DNA from: Eledone cirrhosa
Lineage: Eukaryota
DNA: 64,000 nucleotides
Reading direction: 5' to 3'
Assembly: GCA_964016885.1 (NCBI GenBank)
Contig: OZ024742.1
Coordinates: 363,630,001-363,694,000, forward strand
Numbering within the stretch: the stretch's first letter is position 1; each line of letters starts with the position of its first letter. The position numbers were made by a program, and so were the translations under genes. The notes below the pieces were generated by a model, which was not told where the DNA came from, searched no databases, and worked only from the letters and a program-made list of their open reading frames with translations. Positions 24,401-37,352 of this stretch are shown piece by piece.

Positions 24401-27400
24401 ACTGTGTAGCTGTCTGTGTCTATGTGTCTGACTCTTTAACAGTCTGTGTCAATGTATCTGACTATTAACCTGTGTGTGTCAACGTGTCTGACTGTGTAAC
24501 TGTGTGTGTCAATGTGTCTGACTTTGTACCTGTGTTTTACCATGTGTCTGACTGTGTATGTGTGTGTCAATTTGTCTGGCTGTGTATTTGTGTGTGTCAA
24601 TGTGTCTGACTGTTTACCTGTGTGTGTGTCAATGTGTCTGACTATGAACCTGTGTGTGTCAATAGTGTCTGACTGTGTACCTATATCTGTCATTGTGTCT
24701 GACTATGTACCTGTGTGTGTCAATGTGTCTGACTGTGTATCTCTGTCTGTCAATGTATCTGACCGTGTAACTGTGTGTCAATGTGTCCGACTGTGTACCT
24801 GTGTGTTTCAATGTGTGTGACTGTGTAACTGTGTGTGTCAATGTGTCTGACTGTGTAACTATGTGTCAATGTGTCTCTCTGTGTACCTGTGTGTGTGAAA
24901 GTGTCTGATTGTGTAATTGCTTGTGTCAATGTGTCTGACTGTGTAACTGTGTGTGTCAATGTGTCTGGCTATGTGACTGTGTGTGTCAATGTGTCTTACT
25001 ATGTGATTGTGTGTGTCAATGTGTCTGACTATGTAACTATGTGTGTCAATGTGTCTGACTGTGTAACTGTGTGTGTAAATGTGTCTGACTATGAACTTTT
25101 GCGTTTCTATGTGTCTGACTGTAACTGTGTGTGTCAATGAGTTTGACTGTGTACCTGTGTGTGTCAATGTGTCTGACTGTGTAAATATGTGTGTCAATGA
25201 ACTGACTGTGTAACTGTGTGTGTCAATGTGTCTGACTGTGTACTTGTGTGTTTCATTGTGTCTGAGTGTGTAACTGTGTGTGTCAATGTGTCTGACTATG
25301 AACCTGTGTGTGTCAATGTGTCTGAATGTTTAACTGTGTGTCAATGTGTCTGAATATTTAACTGTGTGTCAATGTGTCTGACTGTACCTGTGTGTTTCAA
25401 TGTGTCTGACTGTGTACCTGTGTGTGTCAATGTGTCTGACTGTGTAACTGTGTGTGTCAATGTGTCTGATTGTGTAACTGTGTGTGTTAATGTGTCTGAC
25501 TGTGTAATTGTGTGTGTCAATGTGTCTGATTGTGTAATTATGTGTGTCAATGTGTCTGACTGTGTAACTGTCTGTGTCAATGTGTCTGACAATGAACCTG
25601 TGTGTGTCAATGTGTGTGAGTGTGTAACTCTGTGCGTCAATGTGTCTGACTTTGTAATTGTGTGTGTCAATGTGTCTGACTGTGTACCTGCGTGTGTGTC
25701 AATGTTTCTGACTATGTACCTGTGTGTGTCTATGTGTCTGACTGTGTACCTATGTCTGTCAATGTGTCTGACTGTGTAACTGTGTATGTCAATGTGTATG
25801 ACTGTGTAACTGTGTGTGTCAATGTGTCTGACTGTGTATATGTGTGTCTCAATGTGTCTGATTGATTAATTCTGTGTCAATGTATCTGACTGTGCACCTG
25901 TTTTTGTCAATGTGTCTGCCGGTGTAACTGTGTATCAATGTGTCTGACTGTGTACCTCTGTGTGTCAATGTGTTTGACTGTGTACCTGTGTGTCTCAATG
26001 TGTCTGATTGATTAATTCTGTGTCAATGTGTCTGACTGTGCACCTGTTTTTGTCAATGTGTCTGCCGGTGTAACTGTGTATCAATGTGTCTGACTGTGTA
26101 CCTCTGTGTGTCAATGTGTCTGACTGTGTACCTGTGTGTCTCAATGTGTCTGACTGATTAATTCTGTGTCAATGTGTCTGACTGTGTTCCTGTGTGTTTC
26201 AATGTGTCTGACTGTGTAACTTTGTGTGTCAATGTATCTGAATGTGTACCTGTGTGTGTCAATATGGGTGACTGTGTACCTATGTGTGTCAAAGTGTCTG
26301 ACTGTGTAACTGTGTGTGTCAATGTGTCTGACTGTGTAACTGTGTGTGTCAATGTGTCTGACTGTGTAACTGTGTGTGTCAATGTGTGTGACTGTGTAAC
26401 TGTGTGTGTCAATGTGTCTGACTGTGTTCCTGTGTGTTTCAATGTGTCTGACTGTGTAACTTTGTGTGTCAATGTATCTGAATGTGTACCTGTGTGTGTC
26501 AATATGGGTAACTGTGTACCTATGTGTGTCAAGATGTCTGACTGTGTAAATGTGTGTGTCAATGTGTCTTACTGTGTAACGGTGTGTGTCAATGTGTCTG
26601 ACTGTGTAACTATGTGTGTCAATGTTTCTCACTGTATAACCGTGTGTATCAATGTGTCTAACTGTGTAACTATGTGTCAATGTGTCTGACTGTGTACATG
26701 TGTATTTCAATGTGTCTGACTGTTTAACTGTGTGTGTCAATGTGTCTGACTGTGCACCTGTGTGAGTAAATTTGTCTGCTTGTGTACCTGTATGTGTCAA
26801 TGTGTCTAACTGTGTAACTGTGTGTGTCAATGTGTCTGACTGTGTAATTGTGTGTGTCAATGTGTCTGACTTTGTATCTGTGTGTGTCAATGTGTCTCAC
26901 TGTATAATTGTGTGTGTCAATGTGTCTGACTGTGTTCGTGTGTGTGTTAATGTGTCTGACTATGTACCTGTGTGTGTCAATGTGTCTGACTGTGTATCTC
27001 TGTCTGTCAATGTCTCTGACCGTGTAACTGTATGTCAATGTGTCCGACTGTGTAACTGTGTGTTTCAATGTTTGTGACTGTGTAACTGTGTGTGTCAATG
27101 TGTCTGACTGTGTAACTGTGTGTGTCAATGTGTCTGACTATCAAGCTGTGTGTGTCAAAGTGTCTTACTGTGTAACTGTGTGGGTCAATGTGTCTGACTA
27201 CGTAACTATGTGTGTCAACGTGACTGACTGTGTAACTGTGTGTGTCAATGTGTCTGACTATGAACTTGTGCGATTCTATGTGTCTGACTGTAACTGTGTG
27301 TGTCAATGTGTTTGACTGTGTAAGTATGTGTGTCAATGTATCTGACTGTCTAACTGTGTACCTGTGTGTCTCATTGTGTCTGAGTGTGTAACTGTGTGTG

Positions 27401-28065
27401 TCAATGTGTCTGACTGTTTAACTGTGTGCGTCAATGTGTCTGACTATGAACCTGTGTGTGTGAATGTGTGTGAATGTGTAAATGTGTGTCAATGTGTCTG
27501 ACTGTACCTGTGTGTTTCAATGTGTCTGACTGTGTACATGTGTGTTTCAATGTGTCTGACTGTGTAACTGTGTGTGTCAATGTGTCTGATTGTGTAACCG
27601 TGTGTGTTAACGTGTCTGACTGTGTAACTGTGTGTGTCAATGTGTCTTACTGTGTAACCGTGTGTGTCAATGTGTCTGACTGTGTAACTATGTGTCAATG
27701 TGTCTGTCTGTGTACCCTGTGTGGGAAAGTGTCTGACTGTGTAACTGTGTGTGTCAATGTATCTGACTGTTTAACTGTGTGCGTCAATGTATCTGACTAT
27801 CAACCTGTGTGTGTCAATGTGTCTGAATGTGTAAATGTGTGTCAATGTGTCTGACTGTACCTGTGTGTTTCAATGTGTCTGACTGTGTACCTGTGTGTGT
27901 CAATGTGTTTGACTGTGTAACTGTGTGTGTCAATGTGTCTGATTGTGTAACTGTGTGTGTTAATGTGTCTTACTTTGTAACTGTGTGTGTCAATGTGTCT
28001 GACTGTGTAATAATGTGTGTATATGTGTCTGACTGTGTAACTGTCTATGTCAATGTGTCTAACTA
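21493..28065. repeat. 30-bp minisatellite array built from 10-bp subunits
   Basis: Unit TGTCAATGTGTCTGACTGTGTAACTGTGTG (clean at 26290-26460), with frequent 28-bp variants. More diverged than the 45-mer. Ends abruptly at the PLE junction at 28066. Confidence 0.97.
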
Positions 28066-29305
28066 TGGTTCTGGCTCCTCTATACACTCTGATTTTATCT
28101 CTCTGATTGTAGCCAGAGAACTGCATACGGTGGATGAAGTGTTGTACGTGTCTCTCTAGTTCTTCGGGGTTTCACATGCCGGACACGTTTCTCATCACCC
28201 GTACCAAATCCGCAATCAGTATGTTGATTTAGGTATGGTCCGAAACGGCCGAGTTTCGGTGGATCAGATGTTTGGAAGTCATGGGTTTGGCAAAATGGGA
28301 ATGGAGGATTTGTTTTTTGTTGTTAATGGTGTCTAACTAGAGCTCTGTGTCTAGTACAGGTAATCGATGGTTGTGGTGTTTACTTGGGTAGTCTATAGTA
28401 AATCTAATGCTCTGGTGGATGGAGTTAGCTATTTGCTGGATGCTTTCCATTGTGCTTTTCTCTAGTTCCTGACTGTTCTCTAGAGGGGGTGTCTTAACTA
28501 CGATGTTTATATCATCAACGTAGCGGGAGTACATTATCAGGGTTAAGGGGGCTTCTAATTGTTCTTTAAGTTTAAGTTTAAGTCTACTGTCCCACTATAC
28601 CATGAATAAGTTAGCTATGTCGCCTGCAATCCTAACACCAATGGCTGCTCCTTCCTCTTGGGCATATGTTTTTCCATTAAATTTGAACATATGTTCCTTA
28701 AGGGTTAGTTTTATGCTGGCCCCTACCGCATTTGCATTAATTTTCTTCAGTTCATCGTGGTTTTCGGGCGTCCGTATGGCTCTGGTCCACCCGTTCCATC
28801 TATCTGTGTGGGTTTTCTTGGCCATTGAGGTAATGGTAGGTGGTCTGCCTCTTGCTGGTCTTGTAGGGCACAGGTTGCTAAGGTCATATGTGTCTAGGTA
28901 ATTATTACTATAGGTAAGTTTAAGTAGGAGTCCCAGCTCACTGGTATCAATCCCACGGAACTCAACATTGCTCTCACTGATCATTTCTACGCATTTCTCC
29001 ACAGCAAAATCCACGTCAATAGATGGATACAGGGACACAACATCCATACTACCTATTATGCAGTTTGTTAGGTCCCTAGATCGGTTACTCACGCCGATTC
29101 TGCTGGGGAGGTTCTCCGTGCTGTCACATACATCTGGGGACATTTCAATGATGGGGCGTATGATCAGGGAGAGGAAGTAGGACAGTCTGTAGTTACTAGC
29201 AATGTTAGCTCCACAGACTGGCCCTGTTGGTGGTCCCGTGACAGGATCACTGCCCGTTTTATGGTCTTTTCGAAGCCCATACAACGTCGGCACGTCATTG
29301 TTACA
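28066..29305 (-). pseudogene. Inverted duplicated arm of the PLE-A RT region
   Basis: Minus-strand translation gives YGLRKDHK, GSMDVVSLYPSI, GAAIG, RYVDD and RMQFSGY with in-frame stops; it mirrors 29498-30737. Confidence 0.92.
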
Positions 29306-31412
29306 ACAGACAAGTCTGGCAGAATGTCGGTTGACAGCCTGCCAAACTACATCCAGGCAATGCAACCCAACATCACAAACACAAGAGAGGTAACACCACA
29401 GGAGCATGAGGATAGAGAAAAAGCCCTCAATGCCCATATGGTGATGTGGACGAATATAATGCAGCCCAACAAAAGGACTGCCAGCAACTTCCAGGCCTGG
29501 AACAATGACGTGCCGGCGTTGTATGGGCTTTAAAAAGACCATAAAACGGGCAGTGACCCTGTCACGGGACCACCAACACGGCCAGTCTGTGGAGCTAACA
29601 TTGCTAGTAACTACAGACTGTCCTACTTCCTCTCCCTGATCATACGCCCCATCATTGAAATGTCCCCAGATGTATGTGACAGCACGGAGGACCTCCTCAG
29701 CAGAATCGGCGTGAGTAACCGATCTAGGGACCTAACAAACTGCATAATAGGTAGTATGGATGTTGTGTCCCTGTATCCATCTATTGACGTGGATTTTGCT
29801 GTGGAGAAATGCGTAGAAATGATCAGTGAGAGCAATGTTGAGTTCCGTGGGATTGATACCAGTGAGCTGGGACTCCTACTTAAACTTACCTATAGTAATA
29901 ATTACCTAGACACATATGAACTTAGCAACCTGTGCCCTACAAGACCAGCAAGAGGCAGACCACCTACCATTACCTCAATGGCCAAGAAAACCCACACAGA
30001 TAGATGGAACGCGTGGACCAGAGCCATACGGACACCCGAAAACCACGATGAACTGAAGAAAATTATTGCACATGCGGTAGGGGCCAGCATAAAACTAACT
30101 CTTAAGGAACATATGTTCAAATTTAATGGAAAAACATATGCCCAAGAGGAAGGAGCAGCCATTGGTGTTAGCATTGCAGGCGACATAGCTAATTTATTCA
30201 TGGTATGGTGGGACAGTAGACTTAAACTTAAACTTAAAGAACAATTAGAAGACCCCTTAACCCTGATAATGTACTCCCGCTACGTTGATGATATAAACAT
30301 CGTAGTTAAGACACCGCCACTAGAGAACAGTCAGGAACTAGAGAAAAACACAATGGAAAGCATCCAGCAAATAGCAAACTCCATCCACCAGAGCATTAGA
30401 GTTACTATAGACTACCCAAGCAAACACCCCAACCATCGATTACCTGTACTAGACACAGAGCTCTGGTTAGATACCATTAACAACAAAAAACAAATCCTCC
30501 ATTCCCATTATGCCAAACCCATGACTTCCAAACATCTGATCTACCGAAACTCGGCCGTTTCGGACCATACCAAAATCAACATACTGATTGCGGATTTGGT
30601 ACGGGTGATGAGAAACGTGTCCCGCATGTGCAACCCCGAAGAACTAGAGAGACACGTACAACACTTCATCCACCGTATGCAGTTCTCTGGCTACAATCAG
30701 AGAGATAAAATCAGAGTGTATAGAGGAGCCAGAACCAAATGGGAAAAAATGGTAAATAATGACATAAATGGGACCTGCCCTTTGTACAGGAGAAAATTTT
30801 GGAATAGAATAGAAAGAACTAGGAACAAGGCTAATAGAATAAACTCATGGTATGAGAGCAATAAATACCAGAGTGTAATGTTCATCGATACAACCCCTAG
30901 AGGGGAATTAGCTTACAAATTTAGAAGGGCCCTAAACAAACATAAACTCAATATTAAGATAGTAGAACGACCAGGTACATCCGTAAAAACACTTATTAGC
31001 AAGACATACCCTTTTCAAAGACCCTCATGTATAGATAAGAAATGTATAACCCGTAAAATAAGCCCCCATATTAACTGCAAAACTAGAAATGTAGTGCAAT
31101 AGCATAAGATGTACTGAAGGACAATGTAGAGACAAAAATATAGTGTACATAGGTGAGACAGCTCGTAGTGTAGGAGAACGGATAAATGAACACTAGCGAG
31201 ACCTTCAAGATAGTAAAGAATCATCTGTACTCTACCAACATGCTAAAATAGAACACAAGGGTAAATTAGAGAACATAGAAATAAAAATAGAATCTACACA
31301 CAGAAAAGACGCAATGTTTAGACAAATTACAGAAGCAATAAACATAAAAGAATTACAACCAAAATTAAATAGAAAATATGAGTGGAACAGCAACATCACA
31401 ACTTACAATTAA
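29301..31412 (+). pseudogene. PLE-A reverse transcriptase + GIY-YIG endonuclease, disrupted
   Basis: TDKSG, YGL*KDHK (TAA at 29531), RPVCGA, DVVSLYPSI, RYVDD, LPVLD, Cys-rich linker. After a +1 shift at 31097 it reads SIRCTEGQC..IVYIGETARSVGERINEH*..EAINI..QPKLN, ending at TAA 31412. Confidence 0.9.
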
Positions 31413-31506
31413 GGACAAAATGAAAACACACACACACAGAACAAACAACCAACCAGTAACATGTAAATAAACAAATAAATAAATGAACATAAACACACAC
31501 AGACAC

Positions 31507-31564
31507 CCGGATGTGGCGCATGCGCAGACTGAGCACACAACACACACACAGAAACAAAATGGCG
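31507..31564 (+). promoter_or_regulatory. Putative pLTR promoter: ETS (CCGGATGT), NRF1 (GCGCATGCGCA) and YY1 (CAAAATGGCG) motifs
   Basis: Three consensus matches within 60 bp, about 50 bp upstream of the HHR. Largely retained in copy 2 (about 39490-39550, minus). Confidence 0.5.
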
Positions 31565-31611
31565 TAGGACAGAACAAAGGAGAGGCACAGAAACAAAGAA
31601 AGGAATCCCCA

Positions 31612-31654
31612 GTCACTGAAGAGGTCACAGAGTGTGTGACGAAAGAACTACGAC
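31612..31654 (+). ncRNA. Minimal type I hammerhead ribozyme, PLE-A pLTR
   Basis: gtca-CTGAAGA-g-gtcaca(gagtg)tgtgac-GAAA-gaac-TA-cgac. One stem I mismatch here; stem I is perfect (gtca/tgac) in copy 2. Confidence 0.8.
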
Positions 31655-32085
31655 AGTATATAAACAACTATCTGGTTGTGGAACCAACCAACCAGAAATT
31701 TATAAATTTATAAATTTATTATAAATTTATCATAATAAAATGAAGTGAAAGCAACTGGTGCGTGTGTTTATTATTGGCAACATGACTCTCCCAAAGTATA
31801 ACAATATTGGTTTCAACACACGATTTCAGATAAAGAATCTTGCTAAACAAATGCAGAAACGAAATATATATATATATATATATATATGCACATACACATA
31901 TATACACATACACACATACAAATACATACACATATACACATATACACATACACGCACTCGTTCACACACATATATATATATATATGTATCTATATACATT
32001 GGGAATAAGTAGTGGGACAAATTATAAACTGAGCCTGATAAAAGTTTAAAATATTTATTATCACTACTAAATTATTAATATTATC

Positions 32086-32415
32086 AAACAATCTAACCAA
32101 ACAACACTCGCCGCCCACATCTGGCACCTTAAAAGGAACTCCATCCCCTTCAAGACCCAATGGAGACTACTCCAGAGAGCGAGATCTTACACGGGAGTCC
32201 ATACTTGCTGTGACCTCTGTATCTCCGAGAGCTATGAGATTCTATTCGCCAAAGGCCCTCTCCTCAAAAAGATCTCGGAACACTCCCCTAATTGCATGCA
32301 CAAGAACTATGCAAATAAAAAAACTACAGACCCCCCGGCCCCCCCGATTGACCCCCCCCCCAATATCACCACCCCACCCTCGTCCCCCATCCCGCTTCCG
32401 TCCCTCCATCTCTAA
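32086..32415 (+). pseudogene. C-terminal fragment of a Naiad-type GIY-YIG endonuclease (absent from the ORF track)
   Basis: Frame from 32101 reads TTLAAHIWHLKRNSIPFKTQWRLLQRARSYTGVHTCCDLCISESYEILFAKGPLLKKISEHSPNCMHK. This aligns by eye with STALSGVLWQLK..TAWNIV..CDFCAEE..CKH of the 737-aa ORF. Confidence 0.85.
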
Positions 32416-32596
32416 TTATTACCATCTTTCCTCCCCTCCATCTCTCATTATTACCTTCTTTCCTCCCCTCCAGGTCGTTATATTGTGTTGTATGCCTCTG
32501 AGTAAGGTTCCGTGGCCGCACACACACATTCACGTATATATCTGTTCATGCTTGCATTCATGCAGTTATGAACTGCTGCACGCACACGTTCGAGAT

Positions 32597-32631
<35 letters not shown>

Positions 32632-32927
32632 TTCATTTATTTATTTATTTATTTGTTTATTTATTTATTTATTTGTTTATTTGTTTATCTGTTTGTTTGT
32701 TTGTTTGTTAGTTAATTCATTTATTTATTATTTAATAAGTGAATGATTAAATAATGAATAGATAAAAGATAAAAGATAGGTAATAAATAGTGAATGGTAA
32801 ATAATAAATAATAATTATTTACTTGATGATAATATTAATAATTTAGTAGTGATAATAAATATTTTAATCTTTTATCAGGCTCAGTTTATAATTTGTCCCA
32901 CTACTTTTTCCAAATATATATAGATAC

Positions 32928-32958
<31 letters not shown>

Positions 32959-33099
32959 AACGAGTGCGTGTATGTGTATATGTGTATATGTGTATGTATT
33001 TGTATGTGTGTATGTATGTGTTTGTGTGTGTGTATGTATGTGTATGTATGTGTGTGTATATGTATGTGTATGTATAGAATAGTTTATACCGAGAGACAT

Positions 33100-33155
<56 letters not shown>

Positions 33156-33804
33156 ATGTTTATGTATATATGTGTGTGTATGTGTATGCGTGTGTGTGTA
33201 TATATGTGTGTGTATGTGTTTTTTTGTATGTATATATATATATATGTATTGATATATATATATATGTGTGTGTAAGTGTTTATGTATGTGGTTGTGAGTA
33301 TGTAAATATATTTTATTCTTTTCATTCTACCAAAACACTCTGGCCACCTGTAGCTTGTATGTTAACTTGACCACTCACCTTAGAACAGTGGTCTGTGCCA
33401 TGATTCGGCCTTGTTTATCTTCCAATACCAACCCACCTAAAAAAATTTCCCTACTATATATTTGTTGAATTACTATTCTTGGGGTATTTATTTATTTTTA
33501 TTTATTTATTTATTTATTTATTCATTCATTTATTTATTTATTTATTTATTTACTTATTTATTTATTTATTTACTTTTTTTTCTTTTTCTTTTTCTTTTTC
33601 TTTTTCTTTTTCTTTTTCTTTTTCTTTTTCTTTTTCTTTTTCTTTTCTTTTACAAAAGCACTCCGGCTAATTGACCACTCCCCAAAGAAAAAACGGTCTG
33701 TGCCATGTTATGGTCCTGTGTATCTAAATACCCCCCCCCCCCCAGCCACCACCCTCCCTTATCACTACCTAAATGTATAAATACCAGAACTTAATATGAC
33801 ACCC

Positions 33805-33855
33805 AGCTTCCTGAAGATTTCATATGAATGAAAAAGTTCTAGTCCTGTAGAAGCT
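33805..33855 (+). ncRNA. Type I hammerhead ribozyme, N2 pLTR
   Basis: agcttc-CTGAAGA-t-ttc(atat)gaa-t-GAAA-aag(ttctagtc)ctg-TA-gaagct. 6-bp stem I, GUA site; stem III is damaged relative to the 39048 relative. Confidence 0.8.
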
Positions 33856-33989
33856 CCTTCTATACAATAAATATATTTTACTCTGCCATGTATTGAGTAC
33901 CTTACTTACTGTGGTTATCCCCGACCCAACCCGGGACCTACGTATATATATATATATATATATATTTATTTATTTATTTATTCCTCCTT

Positions 33990-34025
33990 TCTACTGATGA
34001 AAGACTAACGTCCGAAACGTTAAGA
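33990..34025 (+). ncRNA. Minimal hammerhead motif in a solo pLTR fragment (about 33981-34102)
   Basis: tcta-CTGATGA-a-agac(taac)gtcc-GAAA-cg-TT-aaga with palindromic AACGTT stem III and single mismatches in stems I and II. Flanked by (TTTA)n and (TA)n. Confidence 0.65.
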
Positions 34026-34098
34026 CCCTCTTCCTGCTATATCAAGGGTTAACCTAATATATACTGTACCGATTATGTTGTTATTTCTGTTTACCTTT

Positions 34099-34205
<107 letters not shown>

Positions 34206-34694
34206 CACACACACACATATATATATATATGTGTGTGTATGTGTATATATGTATCAGATTGTGCAGTGTGCAGTGGTCTATAGTTTATAACAGTTGTATT
34301 TTCTTTCGCGATTTCCTTAATCTGTCTGCTTGTGTCTGGGCCTAAGTTTATGTGCGTGTCCATGTGTAGTTCACATATGTGTGTATCTGTGTGTGTATGT
34401 ATGTGAGAAAGTATGTGTGGCTGCATATGTGTGTGTGTGTGTGTGTGTACGAATCTGATCACGTACGTGAGTGTGTCCCTGTATGTCTACGTGTGTCTAC
34501 GTGTGTTTCTCCATAAGTGTCACAAGCGGTGAGTTGTTATGAAGCCGGATTAAATAACTCAGGATTTGTTCCGGCTCAGTGCGCTCAGTGGTTAAATCTC
34601 TATTTCACTCTTTCGACGTTCAGGAAGTCAATATAAATCATTCAGGTTTACTCAACCATTTCTTTCAAGTGTTCAACAATATGTGGCGTTCACC

Positions 34695-34984
34695 TGTGTC
34701 CAGGTATGTGTTTATATGTCCAGGTATGTGTTTGTATGTGTTTGTATGTCCAGGTATGCCCAGGTATGTCCAGGTATGTCCAGGTATGTGTTTATATGTC
34801 CAGGTATGTCCAGGTTTGTGTTTATATGTCCAGGTATGTCCAGGTATGTCCAAGTATGTCCAGGTATGTCCAGGTATGTGTTTATATGTCCAAGTATGTC
34901 CATGTATGTGTTTATATGTCCAGGTATGTCCATGTATGTGTTTATATGTCCAGGTATGTCTAGGTATGTCCAAGTATGTCCAGG
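34695..34984. repeat. 10-bp-unit minisatellite (CCAGGTATGT interspersed with GTTTATATGT)
   Basis: Directly visible tandem decamers; they account for the local spurious ORFs. Confidence 0.92.
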
Positions 34985-35089
34985 AAGCTGGTTGTATTGG
35001 GTTACATACTACCAGTAGCAGAAGCTTGACCTAACATAGCTGTGTAAGTATAACTTTGTCGATCGACTTTCGTTAAATGGGACCGAGGA

Positions 35090-35265
35090 AACAATGTTTC
35101 TGTTGGTCTTTCCAATTGCTGATACTATCTATCGGTCGCAACTCCAGGTAGAAGGAGCAATGTGAAATAAAGTGTCTTGCTCAAGGACATAACGCATCAC
35201 CCTGTCCAAGAATCCAATTCACAACCTCACGATTGCGAACCCAGTTCTCTAACCACTCAGCCACA
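35090..35265 (-). mobile_element. tRNA-derived SINE with CORE-like domain
   Basis: Minus strand begins GTGGCTGAGTGGTTAGAG (A box) with a degenerate B box. Plus-strand AAGTGTCTTGCTCAAGGACA resembles the CORE/MIR segment. Confidence 0.65.
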
Positions 35266-36877
35266 GGCCTTCACTTCACTGTGTAAGTATATGTGCCGAT
35301 ATATAGGCATGTATCTATGTGTGACTATGGCTGAGAATTTGTTTGTACGTCGTCTTGAATACCTGGGCATTTGTTCTTCCAATCTCTTTACTCTCGGGTC
35401 CCAAATAATAGGGGTTTGGAATAAGTGGTGCATGTGGTGGAATTAGCGGGGGTGGGTAATTTTTCTAGATTGTCTCCGCTGATTTAAAAACAAACAGAAT
35501 TAGTCGTTTAGTTTACATATTGAGACCCCAACCCATCTTATTTATTTTATAACATATGGGATTTCTTGTAACTTACTTTTTTGTCATGTATAATGTTATT
35601 TTAATGTTAATTAATTGTCGCAGAAATGCTACCACATAAAATGATATTTCACCGGAGCATAAGCCTCTGATTTTGAAGGATTTAGAAACATCCAATAGAC
35701 GAAAATATGATGTTATGGATAGTTGTAAATCTTGTATTCTCAGCTTAAAAAAAAAACATAATTATAACTTATGAAGAAAACATATTTACTACTTTTTAAT
35801 AAAGTAATTAATAGAGAATTTGAAATAAAATCGACGTTGCACATCTGGTTAGGTCCTACATAATCTTGAAATATGGCCTATGTTGCACTTGACATACTAC
35901 CAGTTGAAATAGAGCCTTTATTTCACATTGTAAGTGGGCCTACTACCAATTGATATATGGTATATATATATCATATCTTGTCTGGATATATTATCAATGG
36001 AAAATGCATCATAGAGTTGACTCCGTGTGATCGAATAATTAACATAATAACCCCCGAGATTGATTCAACTGCTTGCCATCTAGAGAATTTATCATTTACC
36101 ATGGATTTGGGTTTACTCAAGCCATGTAAGTGAAGCTGTCTTGACGGAAACTGTTTGGAAGTCTTTCAAATATTTTTTAAGAGTTTAAAGGGTCAGTCCT
36201 ACTCCGCAGTATGGCACACTGAATCTCCCAGAAGACATTGCTTTATCTATTTTGATATTAACCCGACTGAAAGCGCTTCTGGTTCAATGATACAAACCAT
36301 TTCATTTAAAATATTAGTATTTATCTAAAAATATTCCATCATAGTATTTTATAAGGACTCCTGTTACATTATTTTTGAGACATTATTTTAATAATGTGCT
36401 AGTGAATGTTACAAATATGTCAAAGTTGTTTCATAATCATAAACAGTGTTATACTGGAAATATTATAATAAGAGGGTTAAGGGTAGACGTGTTTGTGGAA
36501 GGTTCAGTCACATACATACTAATTTCACGGACACGTTGTTTCTTTGATCGAAACCGACGGAAGTGCATTCCATTCCAAATCATATAACTCCACACTATTG
36601 AAGTGTTAAATAGATTATTTTATGTTGCAAAATCAGAAACACTTTGATCTATTCACTTTACACTTCTTCAACTTTAGTATTCAGAAATTCTTTTCTAGTG
36701 TCTCTTACTACCGATTTCTGACTGTGACATTCAGTCTTATTTGATTTACATCGATTGCTCCGTTACGAAAATACTGATTTCATTTGCTTCGATTACTTTC
36801 TGCATTGCCAAATATCCCCCGACACTCTTTAAGACATTCCAGGTTTCATATTTAATGGAAAACTCTTCTATCCCGTC

Positions 36878-37352
<475 letters not shown>

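Larger units (their letters stand above)
28066..31863 (+). mobile_element. Penelope-like element family A (Nematis-like, inferred), copy 1, 5'-truncated with a 1.24-kb inverted duplication
   Basis: RT and GIY-YIG motifs on + (29301-31412), inverted copy of 29498-30737 at 28066-29305, 3' pLTR with HHR, ending in (TA)n near 31864. Nearly identical to 39246-41760 on the minus strand. Confidence 0.92.
31887..33940 (+). mobile_element. 5'-truncated Naiad-like PLE (family N2) with inverted 5' arm
   Basis: About 31890-32087 is the reverse complement of about 32826-33020. It is followed by the endonuclease C-terminus, a simple-repeat-rich 3' UTR, TATAAATA, an HHR, AATAAA and then (TA)n. Confidence 0.8.

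Noticed and set aside
1-28065. Dozens of long ORFs (CVYVVESRSVWCGRE, HIHTLPPTPH, VNVSDCVTVC repeats) suggesting repetitive Cys- or His-rich structural proteins
   Set aside because: They arise because the 45- and 30-bp units are multiples of 3. Several frames on both strands are open, frequent 44- and 28-bp units shift the frame, and there is no unique N- or C-terminus.
28602-29393. Antisense ORFs over PLE and LINE coding regions (also 40856-42243, 49981-50339, 58578-59345)
   Set aside because: Shadow frames of the RT genes with no independent motifs.
35205-35265. tRNA gene
   Set aside because: A box is present, but the B box and cloverleaf are degenerate and it continues into a SINE body.
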